From contig CAJJCM010000033.1 of assembly GCA_905182635.1 (NCBI GenBank), forward strand, positions 1 through 50,332: a stretch of DNA of 50,332 bases, written 5' to 3'. The DNA is from an uncultured Candidatus Poseidoniales archaeon (GTDB lineage: Archaea > Thermoplasmatota > Poseidoniia > Poseidoniales > Poseidoniaceae). Every line of letters starts with the position of its first letter. Position 1 is the first letter of the stretch. The translations under genes were made by a program, and so were the position numbers. Shown here in pieces: positions 15,984 through 26,200 of this stretch. Under the pieces are notes generated by a model that saw only the letters and a list, made by a program, of their open reading frames with translations, ran no database searches and had not been told where the DNA came from.

Positions 15984-18900
15984 ATGCAAAGACGCTCATT
16001 GGCTGCTCTCTTTCTCACCGGCCTGATGGTTTTGTCGGGTTGCTTCGGTGCGGTTAGCCAAAATGATGATGAATCGGAAATCGATGAACCGCTTTCGAAC
16101 ACTGTCGAGTTAACCGCTGCATGGGGCGTGATTCCGGATTCAATTCCACTCGATGGAACTCCAGTTCTACTCACCATAGTGGTTCAGAATAAAGGTGATG
16201 ATTGGGATGCACAACCTACAATCCTCACACCTCAAATTACAGTGCTGACTACTTTTGAGTTGGAAAAAACTCCACAGGGATTACAGTTGATGTTTATTCC
16301 GCAAGTCGCCGGTGATTATTCAATTTTAGTGCACTTCACCGTGATCAATGATGCTGAATTTACCTCACCACGACAGCAAGACCTCGTTCATACAATCACT
16401 ATAATCGCTCCAGAAGAAGAGGCCCCAATACTTTGGGCACCTGTCATGCTTTCATTAGAGGAACCATCGGTCATTTGGTTTGAAGGAAATGTTGTTCACA
16501 GTGCGCTTTCGACATGCTCATTGATGATTCATTACGGTGAAGAGATGAGTAAAACCGGCATTGTCAAGGATGATGGCACATGGAAAACTCTTCTTGACCT
16601 GTCAGAAGTCACAGACTCTTTTGAAATACGAACTGTGGTCGAATGTGGAAATGATTCCCTGAAGAGTGATACCGTCACAACGCAAGTTCTCGTTGAACAT
16701 TCAGGCGATGATGCTGATGGTGACGGGATTTTGGATTTAGATGATCGTTGTCCGAATGGCTATGGTGCATCTGATGGATGGAGTTCGACAAATGCAAGTG
16801 ACCAAGATAACGATGGTTGCCACGACTTTGAGGAAGACTTCGATGATGACAATGATGGAATCTTAGACCATTTGGACCTATGCCCGACGTCTTTTGGATG
16901 GATTAGTACCCCTGATGCTGACTATGATTCTGATGGATGCCACGATACGGATTATGATGATGATGATGATAACGACGGTGTTTTGGATTCTGATGACTTT
17001 TGCCCGCGTGGATTATTGAATTGGGCTTCAGGTTCATTCAGTGATTGGGATGGCGATGGATGCTCAGATTTAGACGAGGATGATGACGATGATAATGACA
17101 ATCTGCTCGATAATGCAGATACATGCCCAAAGGGGGTCGTCGATTGGGTAAGAGATGGAATTTCTGATTATGACGATGATGGTTGTAACGATGTACTCGA
17201 AGATATCGATGATGATAATGATGGTGTATACGATGTGAATGCTACAGGTCATCTATTGGATGAATGCCCAAAGACTCCACTCAATACGACAGAAGTCAAT
17301 GAAGTTGGTTGTGCTGCAGTAGAGAGAGACACCGATGCTGATGGCGTAAATGATTTGTTTGACCAATGCCCTGGTACGCCTACTGGACTTGTTGTCAATA
17401 CGATGGGGTGTGCAGATTTGGATGATGATGGAGTATTTGCTAACGTGGATATTTGTCCTGATTCTCCTGAAAAATGGACCATTGATTCCCAAGGTTGTGC
17501 TGTTGTTCAATCCCCAGTGAGCTGGACGAGTGGTTCAACTCTCACCGGTCCAATGCAAATCGTGCCTCACTTCTCTGTTCCAACTTTAGATGGAACGTTC
17601 TTGTTCCAACAGGAATGGACTGGGTATGATATCTATTACTTTTTATTCAAATATACTGACTCAAGTGGCAACTCCAATTCGGCGACTTGGGGTCAAAGTC
17701 CTGGTCCTTTTATCAGAGGATTACCTTCGAATGTTCATCTCTTCTTTGGTTCGTTTGACTCGACCTATCACAGTGATGTTGTGAATCGCAAAGCAGCAGT
17801 TGAAAGTGCCCTCAATCCGAACGAAGAAACAGCATGGGAAGGAAGAATACACTATATTGACCAGCGAGCAAACAGCATTACAGGTGGGTTGGGTCAGATG
17901 ATATCGAACTTTAATTCACCAATGTTTATGGGAATTGATCGTTTCCAAATGGCACGAGAAACTGGGTCACTCTATGCTTGGACAAGTTCAAATTATGACC
18001 CACAACATCTCATTCATGAACCTCACCAATGGAACGCTGAATTCCCCGTTGAAATACGAAGACATGATACTGGTGTCGAAGAAGTCACAGTACTCGACTT
18101 TTATCGCCATACAGGTGGCTGGAGTGGGGGCTTTACCACCACTACAAACGCAGTGTTCCCAAGTAATCTTACTGATTACGATACGCTTGAAGTCTACCAC
18201 GAACATGCATGTGATGAACGTTCGAATCGCTATCAGAAAAGTGATGGTAGCAACGGAGGCTGTCATGAATGGGATTACGAAGCGAATCTACGCATCTGTG
18301 ACCGAGATAACGCATCAGCATGTGGTACAGAATATATGCGATGGATTACGACCTATGGTCGTGAAGGAAAGTGGTTAACAGATATTTCACCGTATCTCTT
18401 TATGCTTGAAAATGAGGATAATCGGACGTTTAAGTATCGAGGTGCCAACAAGGGCGACCTCACAATAACTTTCCTTTTGAGTAACTGGGGCAGTGGTCTA
18501 CGCGGCCAAAGTGCTGATTTTGCATTCACTGGGGGTCAATTTGATGGGACCTATAACGACCTCACAAAATACACTCGTGATCTAAATTTCACCGTACCAT
18601 CTTGGGCTGATAAGGTCGAGATTGTTGCCACAATTACCGGCCATGGATTTGGCAAAGATAATGCAAACTGTGCAGAGTTTTGTGACCACCAACATCACTA
18701 CTACCTCAATGGATTAACGACCTATGAATGGCACCCAATCGTCCACGTTTCATCTGGTGAAGGTTGTGAGCTTGAGGTGAGAAACGGAGTTGTTGCAAAC
18801 CAATACGGTTCGTGGCCGTATGGTCGAGCAGGATGGTGTGCTGGTCAAGATGTCAAGCAATGGACCTACGACATTACAAGTTGGAGTGACATGACCGGTG

Positions 18901-19028
18901 GAGTCAACCATCTGACCTATCGAGGATTGTACAATGGTCAAGAATACACGCCATCAGATGGTGTTGGCAATGGTCAACGAAATATTCACGCAGAAATCTG
19001 GGTTGTGTACTATAACGCTACAACATAA
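15984..19028 (+). CDS. Predicted Tat-exported lipoprotein: Ig-like N-region, thrombospondin-type-3 Ca-binding repeat array, C-terminal PNGase F-like amidase module
   Basis: The ATG at 15984 gives MQRRSLAALFLTGLMVLSGC (RR motif plus lipobox Cys). About 10 DxDxDGxxDxxDxCP repeats are encoded at nt ~16706-17470. The C-terminal ~330 aa match PNGase F blocks in order: CHEWDYE, ITGHGFGKDNANCAEFC and GRAGWCAGQD. Confidence 0.7.
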   Translation: MQRRSLAALFLTGLMVLSGCFGAVSQNDDESEIDEPLSNTVELTAAWGVIPDSIPLDGTPVLLTIVVQNKGDDWDAQPTILTPQITVLTTFELEKTPQGLQLMFIPQVAGDYSILVHFTVINDAEFTSPRQQDLVHTITIIAPEEEAPILWAPVMLSLEEPSVIWFEGNVVHSALSTCSLMIHYGEEMSKTGIVKDDGTWKTLLDLSEVTDSFEIRTVVECGNDSLKSDTVTTQVLVEHSGDDADGDGILDLDDRCPNGYGASDGWSSTNASDQDNDGCHDFEEDFDDDNDGILDHLDLCPTSFGWISTPDADYDSDGCHDTDYDDDDDNDGVLDSDDFCPRGLLNWASGSFSDWDGDGCSDLDEDDDDDNDNLLDNADTCPKGVVDWVRDGISDYDDDGCNDVLEDIDDDNDGVYDVNATGHLLDECPKTPLNTTEVNEVGCAAVERDTDADGVNDLFDQCPGTPTGLVVNTMGCADLDDDGVFANVDICPDSPEKWTIDSQGCAVVQSPVSWTSGSTLTGPMQIVPHFSVPTLDGTFLFQQEWTGYDIYYFLFKYTDSSGNSNSATWGQSPGPFIRGLPSNVHLFFGSFDSTYHSDVVNRKAAVESALNPNEETAWEGRIHYIDQRANSITGGLGQMISNFNSPMFMGIDRFQMARETGSLYAWTSSNYDPQHLIHEPHQWNAEFPVEIRRHDTGVEEVTVLDFYRHTGGWSGGFTTTTNAVFPSNLTDYDTLEVYHEHACDERSNRYQKSDGSNGGCHEWDYEANLRICDRDNASACGTEYMRWITTYGREGKWLTDISPYLFMLENEDNRTFKYRGANKGDLTITFLLSNWGSGLRGQSADFAFTGGQFDGTYNDLTKYTRDLNFTVPSWADKVEIVATITGHGFGKDNANCAEFCDHQHHYYLNGLTTYEWHPIVHVSSGEGCELEVRNGVVANQYGSWPYGRAGWCAGQDVKQWTYDITSWSDMTGGVNHLTYRGLYNGQEYTPSDGVGNGQRNIHAEIWVVYYNATT
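16706..17470 (+). repeat. In-frame degenerate tandem repeats encoding TSP3-type Asp-rich Ca-binding loops (coding repeat, not a non-coding array)
   Basis: Recurrent gat-gat-gat / gat-ggt / tgc-cc codon blocks translate to DADGDGILDLDDRCP, DQDNDGCHDFEEDFDDDNDGILDHLDLCP, DYDSDGCHDTDYDDDDDNDGVLDSDDFCP, and so on. Confidence 0.6.
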
Positions 19029-19049
19029 ACTCACATGTAAGTTAACGAA

Positions 19050-20234
19050 TTAAACTTGCATTGGTGGTGGAGATGCAAGGTCCAATGGAGGTGTTCCTCT
19101 CATTGGAGTTTCTAGGAACACATAGTCGCTATCGCGTCTTTGTGGAATAAATCCTGCTCGCAAAATTACATCTTGGAGTTCACGTTCTGATGCTTGGAAT
19201 TTTGTCGTGCCTGAAGCAGAAACTACATTTTCTTCCATCATTGTTGAGCCAACATCATTTGCACCACCAAAGAGTGCCAGTTGAGCCGTCTTAATCCCCA
19301 TTGTTGGCCAAGAAGATTGAATGTTTGGTATACTGTCGAGATACAATCGAGATACGGCTACATGACGCAAGTATTCGGTCGACCCTGAACCCAATTCGAT
19401 TTTGTTTTGACCACGATTACGTCGACCGAAACTGTTTACTTCAAGTTGAACGGGCCATGCGATGAAAGAGGTAAAACCACACGAATAGTCCTCCAATGAA
19501 CGATCTTGTAAATCACGAATCCGCCTCATGTGTTCAACCCGTTGTTCGAATGATTCTCCAAATCCGATAACATTTGTTGCACTGGTCGTGAGTCCGAGAG
19601 ATTGTGCTTCCTCCATGACTCGAAGCCAATTTGCTGGAGCACCTTTTTTTGGAGAGACATCCTTTCGTACATCATCGACAAGCATTTCAGCACCTCCGCC
19701 GGGTAATCCGTGCATACCTGCTTCTTGCAGCCGCACTAATACTTCCTGCGTTGAAAGTTGACTTACTTCTGCAATTCCTTCGATTTCAATTGGACTGAAA
19801 CAATCAAGAGCAATACTCGGATGTTGTATACGCAGTTCATGAATTAGATTTTCATACCATTCGAAAGGCAAATCAGGATTAACTCCACCTTGCATCAAAA
19901 TTCTAACACCATCAATATCTTCTAATTCTTTGATACGTTGCGAGATTTGTTCAATTGTTTGGGTATACGTTTCTTCATGCCCAGGAGGTCGGTAAAATGA
20001 ACAGAACTGACAATTAATTGTACAGATATTTGTATAATTGATATTTCGATCGATGAGATAGGTTACTTTCTCACCACCATGCATGGCATTGCGTCTTTGA
20101 TGTGCAGCACTCATTAATTGATGCAATGGAGCGTTTGTATACAATTCAACAGCCTCATCCTCGGAAAGCCGAAACTGTTCAGCATTCTGTGGCTGCCATA
20201 AGGCTTGACGTTCGAGAACAGAAGACCAATTCAT
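19050..20234 (-). CDS. Radical SAM enzyme of the MqnC/MqnE/CofH family (futalosine-pathway menaquinone or FO synthase type)
   Basis: NINYTNICTINCQFCSFYR (CxxxCxxC cluster in the family-typical context), MQGGVNPDLP and GANDVGSTMMEENV are present. The subfamily cannot be resolved by eye. Confidence 0.7.
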   Translation of the reverse strand: MNWSSVLERQALWQPQNAEQFRLSEDEAVELYTNAPLHQLMSAAHQRRNAMHGGEKVTYLIDRNINYTNICTINCQFCSFYRPPGHEETYTQTIEQISQRIKELEDIDGVRILMQGGVNPDLPFEWYENLIHELRIQHPSIALDCFSPIEIEGIAEVSQLSTQEVLVRLQEAGMHGLPGGGAEMLVDDVRKDVSPKKGAPANWLRVMEEAQSLGLTTSATNVIGFGESFEQRVEHMRRIRDLQDRSLEDYSCGFTSFIAWPVQLEVNSFGRRNRGQNKIELGSGSTEYLRHVAVSRLYLDSIPNIQSSWPTMGIKTAQLALFGGANDVGSTMMEENVVSASGTTKFQASERELQDVILRAGFIPQRRDSDYVFLETPMRGTPPLDLASPPPMQV

Positions 20235-20243
20235 TTCTTCACC

Positions 20244-21614
20244 TCAGAATGCTTTTCCGGTTATTGATTCAATTTCTTCGATGGTCTTGGGACAGGCGGA
20301 GGTAAGAACATCGGGGTCTGCTGTAGTAACAAGTACATCGTCTTCAATTCGGATACCGATGTTTGCATACCGTTCAGGACAGTCAACATCTGGCCTCCAA
20401 GCACCAAAATACAATCCCGGTTCAACCGTAAGGCACATTCCTTCTTCGAGTAAACGGGGATTTCCGTTTGGTTTGTAAACACCAACATCATGAACATCCA
20501 GACCAATCCAATGACTGGTATTGTGCATGTACCACTTCCGAAGGTCGCCCGTTTCAATATCCAAAGCCTCATCGAGACTTTGTTGAATGATTCCTAAACC
20601 AATTAACCCCTCAGCAAGCACTCGACGAGCTGCCTCGTGAGGTGCTGTGTATGGTTGCCCAACTCGACAGCAATCAATTGCTGCATATTGCGCATCTAAA
20701 ACGATTTGATAAATTTCTTTTTGAGCATCGGTGAACGTTCCATTAATCGGCCATGAGCGAGTAATATCCGCAGCATATCCACGGAATTCTGCCCCTGCAT
20801 CGATCAAAATAACTTCTCCATCTTCGCAGACATCATTGTTTTCTTTGTAATGCAATACAGTTGCATTGTCACCACAGCCTACAATTGAAGGGTAAGCCCA
20901 TCCGGAAGTTCCAGCGTAAACAAAGAAACCTTCAATTGTGGATTGGAATTGATATTCCATCCTTCCGGGTTTTGAGTGACGCATTGCCGCGACATGTGCA
21001 TAACTGCTCACATCAGAAGCATACCTCATTTGTTCGATTTCAGCAGCCGATTTACGAAGTCGAAGTTCTGCAATACGTGCACTGGGGTCCTCAAGAGACA
21101 CTGGACCCGAACCAAAGTGCTGACGTGCTCTATCACGTCGTTCAATCGCCGAACGAATGAAGTCATCAACATCAGCACGAACTCCGGTTCTCAAGAGAAC
21201 TCGATGAGATGTATCGATGTATGAAGATAATAGTTTCGTCATGTCTGTGATCGAATGGGCTTCATCGATTGGCCATTGTGCTAATGCACCTTCAACACCA
21301 GGCCTCCGACCTTCCCAAATTTCTTTGAGTGTATCTTTTGGTTGAACAAAGAGGGTAGAAATCCAAGTCCCATCGACGCAACGAAGAGCAAAAACTGCTT
21401 CTGGTTCGCTCCATCCCACAAAATACAACATATCACTCATTGTTCGATAGGGGTAGTGTACATCATTGGAATGTGTTGATTCTTCAGCGGCACACAAAAT
21501 CAAAACATCATCTGGTCGAAGTTGTGAAGTCAACCGATATTGCCGCGCCTTGAACTCATCAAGAGTTATCGGCACAGGTTGCGGCCCAATATGACTCATC
21601 GCAGCTTCGTTCAT
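20244..21614 (-). CDS. pepP: Xaa-Pro aminopeptidase (M24B)
   Basis: ILIDAGAEFRGYAADITR, HNTSHWIGLDVHDVG, TVEPGLYF and GIRIEDDVLVT are present. The distal ORF start (21707) overlaps the upstream gene by 47 nt, so ATG 21614 (or 21599) was chosen. Confidence 0.8.
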   Translation of the reverse strand: MNEAAMSHIGPQPVPITLDEFKARQYRLTSQLRPDDVLILCAAEESTHSNDVHYPYRTMSDMLYFVGWSEPEAVFALRCVDGTWISTLFVQPKDTLKEIWEGRRPGVEGALAQWPIDEAHSITDMTKLLSSYIDTSHRVLLRTGVRADVDDFIRSAIERRDRARQHFGSGPVSLEDPSARIAELRLRKSAAEIEQMRYASDVSSYAHVAAMRHSKPGRMEYQFQSTIEGFFVYAGTSGWAYPSIVGCGDNATVLHYKENNDVCEDGEVILIDAGAEFRGYAADITRSWPINGTFTDAQKEIYQIVLDAQYAAIDCCRVGQPYTAPHEAARRVLAEGLIGLGIIQQSLDEALDIETGDLRKWYMHNTSHWIGLDVHDVGVYKPNGNPRLLEEGMCLTVEPGLYFGAWRPDVDCPERYANIGIRIEDDVLVTTADPDVLTSACPKTIEEIESITGKAF

Positions 21615-21660
21615 GACAATCCCAACAGTTCGACTGTATTCAATAATTGCATTGAAATCA

Positions 21661-23256
21661 TTACACATCTGATTCATCGTACTCTTTGGATTGTTCCGAT
21701 GTCTCATTCACAATCCACTTCGGAACCGTCGTTTGATTCGAATTACGCCTTGATGAACTGATTATAAAGCCAATAACAAAAACAATCAGAACGATGATTG
21801 AAACAGAAAGGAACATCGCTTTGGCGTTGAAAGTATCAGGTGAAACTGTTTCAGAGATATGTACTTTGAAAGAAACTTCACTGGATGCACCGTCATTGTC
21901 CTCAACAACCAAACGAACATCATACAACCCTGATTCCGAAAAGTCAGATGATTGTAAGGTCGTTTCTCCTGTTGCGAATGTATGGTCATTGACATACCAT
22001 GTATAGAGCAAATCCGAATTATCATTGATTGTATCGGAACTCTTGCTACTGTTGAGTTCCCATGTTTCACCTTCGGTAAGTGTCACCGTCGAACCTTCAG
22101 TAATCACATGGGAATCCAATTCGATTTGAATAATCGGCGCGATGTTTTGTACTTCAAACTCAATTGAGGAATGAACAAGCCAGCCGGCGGTATCACGAAC
22201 CAATAATTCGACAACCCAAGTACCTGGGATATCTGGTTTTAAAGAAATTACAGTGTCAGTCACTTGCTCATTTGCAAGTAACGCTCGGCGAGAACCATCT
22301 GGAAGCAAAAGAGTCCATGTAAAAATATTATCGCCACCTGAATAGCCATCTTCAACTGAAGCAGAGAACGATATTGGAGAAAATTCCTCAACTCTACTCT
22401 TGCTCGGCAAAATCTCTGTACCATCGTTTGCAAGTGAACTATCCTCGAGATCACAAGTTAACGTAACAGATGGTTCGGTCTGGTCGAATAATACCATGAA
22501 ATGTTCAGTGTTTGATGTGCGCAAGAGTGCATCGACTACTGTAATATTAAACAACCAATATCCGTCATCGAGGTTCATGTTATCAGGGTCAAAAATAAGT
22601 TTCAATTCTTGGGATTCAGAAGTGAAATTGAAATCGAAATAGTCAATCATTTCATTGAGGCAAAATCCATTCGGAGCGGGACAAATTCCAAGTTTAACAA
22701 AGAATTCTGAACCACTACCGATTGGAGTGACCACAGGGACTACGAGTTCCATATTCTGGTCAGCAACGAGATGAACTGGGTGGGAACTCTGGTATGGAGA
22801 GAGAAATGGAAGAAGAACCGGATGATGATTCTGTGAACCGATATAAATGACCTTCGAAGTCAGGGGAGGTGAATTCGAATATGTATCGAAAACTATGAGT
22901 TCACATGTACAATTGTAAGAAGATACATTGAGAACAAGATTCCATTCCCATTCTGCTTCACTCACAGCATGTACAAAGGTTAACTTCCCCGAATCCAACG
23001 GAATCTTCAATTCATTCGAGATGTCAACCAAAAGCCATTCAAAGTTTGTAAGAGGGACTGTAGAACTTCCATTCAAATACAAAGTATCGTTGAAGATAAG
23101 TCCATCGTCCTGAAATATGGTCAATTCAGGAGATTCTTGATTTGTCCGTTCGGCAAGAGTTGATTGAAAGAGAGGTATAATCAAGAACATGAGGACGAGA
23201 AAAACGTACCGCCTCGAATCGCCCATATGTTCATCTCCGCAACAACCAAACATCAA
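21661..23256 (-). CDS. Secreted type-I membrane protein with PKD/Ig-like domains
   Basis: The PKD-like block is LLYTWYVNDHTF...GLYDVRLVVEDNDGASSE. The N-terminus is MGDSRRYVFLVLMFLIIPLF (alternative ATG 23226). There is a C-terminal TM FLSVSIIVLIVFVIGFII followed by SSSRRN and an acidic tail. Confidence 0.6.
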   Translation of the reverse strand: MMFGCCGDEHMGDSRRYVFLVLMFLIIPLFQSTLAERTNQESPELTIFQDDGLIFNDTLYLNGSSTVPLTNFEWLLVDISNELKIPLDSGKLTFVHAVSEAEWEWNLVLNVSSYNCTCELIVFDTYSNSPPLTSKVIYIGSQNHHPVLLPFLSPYQSSHPVHLVADQNMELVVPVVTPIGSGSEFFVKLGICPAPNGFCLNEMIDYFDFNFTSESQELKLIFDPDNMNLDDGYWLFNITVVDALLRTSNTEHFMVLFDQTEPSVTLTCDLEDSSLANDGTEILPSKSRVEEFSPISFSASVEDGYSGGDNIFTWTLLLPDGSRRALLANEQVTDTVISLKPDIPGTWVVELLVRDTAGWLVHSSIEFEVQNIAPIIQIELDSHVITEGSTVTLTEGETWELNSSKSSDTINDNSDLLYTWYVNDHTFATGETTLQSSDFSESGLYDVRLVVEDNDGASSEVSFKVHISETVSPDTFNAKAMFLSVSIIVLIVFVIGFIISSSRRNSNQTTVPKWIVNETSEQSKEYDESDV

Positions 23257-23289
23257 TGTTCGGACTTCATGCTCGGTACCAAATTCAAA

Positions 23290-26200
23290 TCATTGAGCAA
23301 ATGGATCGCACAATTCACCCTGTCCAGGGAAACTGGTTGGGTTTCTTGGATTGGTATCCCACTTGAATTCACAGAAGTTTACGTGGCCGTCATCGTCGCT
23401 GTCAAGCATACGGTCAGCAGGGTCTTGCGGGTCAAATTGGAAGTGGAATTCCCAACCGGTAGACATGCCATCATCGTCATGATCTTGATAATATACTTCC
23501 GGACCATCATTCCAACCGTCATTATCGGTGTCGTTGGAAATTGGATTTGTTCCATTCTCCTTCTCCTCGAAATTTGTGTAATTTTCAAGGTTGTCATAGA
23601 ACTTCTTTCCATCGGGTGTATCTGGGTTGATATTGCAATCAGAATTGCTTGAATCATTGTAACCTGAACAATACTTCTTGATGAGTCCTGAGCGGTTCAA
23701 TCCATCATGGTCAGGGTCTTCATCACCGTCCATAACTCCATCCAAGTCACTATCAGGCATTGAAGGGTCCATGACACCACGAGCACCATACGCATCGATT
23801 GTTCCATTATCGACCAAACCATTTTCAAGGGCAAGGCCGGAATAATAGACTTCCCAACCATCTGGTAGATTGTCTGAATCAGTATCATCATCAACAGGGT
23901 TCGTGTTCCATTTATCCGGAGCTTCTGCGCTGTTTGGAAGAGAATCATTATCAATATCAAATGTGTCATCCTTCATTGAATCAAGAGAAGGATCTAATGC
24001 CCATCGACCATTGCAGTTACAGAAATTATTCAAAGGAACTGTAAATCCAGAGAGATTCATTTCAGAAATACTGTACTTCTTCTCGTTGATGAAACCACCG
24101 AGATTGTTCTGCCACACATAGCCTCCAGCCTCCATGCTGCAATCGTTATTTTGAGATGCTACACAGCCTGGGCGTTGCCATGAAGATGTTGCAACCCATA
24201 AGCTGTGAGAATTGGTATTATCTTGAGTGGATTTAACTTGCATTTCCCAGCCATCAAGCATTCCATCAGAATCGGTATCATTGAGTAAAGGATTGGTAGG
24301 GTTTTGATAAGGTCGTGGAACAAACAAAACTTCATTTCCATCAACCAAACTATCATTATCGGTATCAGAGTTGTTTGCGTGAGTGAGGAAATTATCTTTC
24401 CCAGCAATGACCTCTTCACCATCTTCTAGGCCGTCATTATCGGTGTCAAACATACATGGGCTCGTGAAGTATGGAACTCCTTCCCATGAATAGCCAGTCA
24501 AAGCCTCGATTTGGTCAAGTTCACCATCTCCATCTGTATCAGGGTTCGATGCATTGGAACCACCATCTCCACAGCCTGAAGAAAATTCATCAAAGTCGGA
24601 TAGGCCATCTTCATCTGTATCAAACAAACCAGGATCAGAAGTGACCCATGTTTTCATGATTCCGTTGTTGACAACTAAAATCTCCCAACCCATCACTTCA
24701 ATCCCATCCATGAGCCCATCACCATCTGTATCGGGGTTAAGTGGGTCTGTAGAACGGCCATCAATGATTCCATCACCATCACGGTCTCGAGCATTGTATT
24801 CCATGAGATTCGTGAATTGTTCCTCTGGTTCAACAATTTCCATCCATCGGAATAATCGTGAATCTACTGCTTGACCGATACTCACATCGATTTGATAGAC
24901 ATAACCTGAAACTGGAGCAAGCATAGCAATTGTCTGCTTTTGACCACCGGCGAGAGTAATTTGTCCACGAGCAACAGTTGAGTTCGCTTCGACCCAGCTG
25001 TCCTTGAGAACATCTATGCCAACGACAATAGTCGTTGATTCGAGTGTGCTGTAAAAGACACCGCCATCACGGTCAACATCCCAGCCATCATGGTCAGGGT
25101 CGAGGTTGCCGTTTGAACCATCACGAGGATGAAGACCGTTGGTTGATTCCCAACCATCCGGCATGCCATCAAGATCGGTATCGAGACGCCAAGGTGAAGT
25201 AAAGTTGGTTGGACCAAACAGATTTGCAACTTGATATTCTTCAAAATTATTCAATCCGTCTTCATCCCAGTCGCCATAGCCATCGGATGCATTCGCAGGA
25301 TTAAGCAGCATACCTGCATCATTTTGAGGGTGGTCATTCACATTCGAGTAACAGAATTCGAAACCATCTGGCATTCCATCGCCATCGGTATCCCAATCTG
25401 AAGGACCGTTTAGGAATCCGTCATCATCCATATCCATGAGGAACCAAGAGAGTTCATAGCCGGCGAATGGTGATTGACGGACAATAGGGTCGAGAAGAGG
25501 AACATTGCAATTTTCACCAACTCCAGTGAGTAAGGATGCAGTAAGGTTACCAATTTCAACAATATCGTCAAGAAGGTCCATATCAGAATCTCTGGAAGTA
25601 GGGTTTGTCCCATACGTTTCCTCTTGGAAATTTGGCAGACCATCTTCATCTGTGTCGAGCACCATGTCGCATGAATGCATACCTCCAGCATTGCCTAATT
25701 CATCCCAAGATGGCAAAGCACCCTCTGAAGAGTCATAGAATGTGGATAAGGTGTCCTCCATTGCTTGGTCAAGTAGAAGGCAATCCCAATTACCATTGAG
25801 GGGATCGAACAAAGTCACATTACCACCCGGTGTTTGAACGGTCTGTGTATACATCGACTCCCAAAGGTCATTGAGATTATCATTATCAGTATCAGACCGC
25901 TGAGGGTCAGTCCCGAGTTCTTGTTCGGCTTGGTTGGTAAGACCGTCATGGTCAGGGTCGCCGTTCGGGCCTTGTTCAGGGTCTGGCCACGAATCAGATT
26001 CATTTTCAATATTGGCATTTTGAGTATCTTCTGCTTGGGTAGGATCGAGAAGCAAATCTTCCGATTCGCCGTTATCGAGTGGATTTAATCCGTGGGCGAC
26101 TTCCCAACCATCACTCATGCCATCAAAATCAGTATCGGGGTTCTCTGGGTCTGTTCCGTATTGGGTTGATTCAAGCAAATCGGATAATCCATCTTCATCT

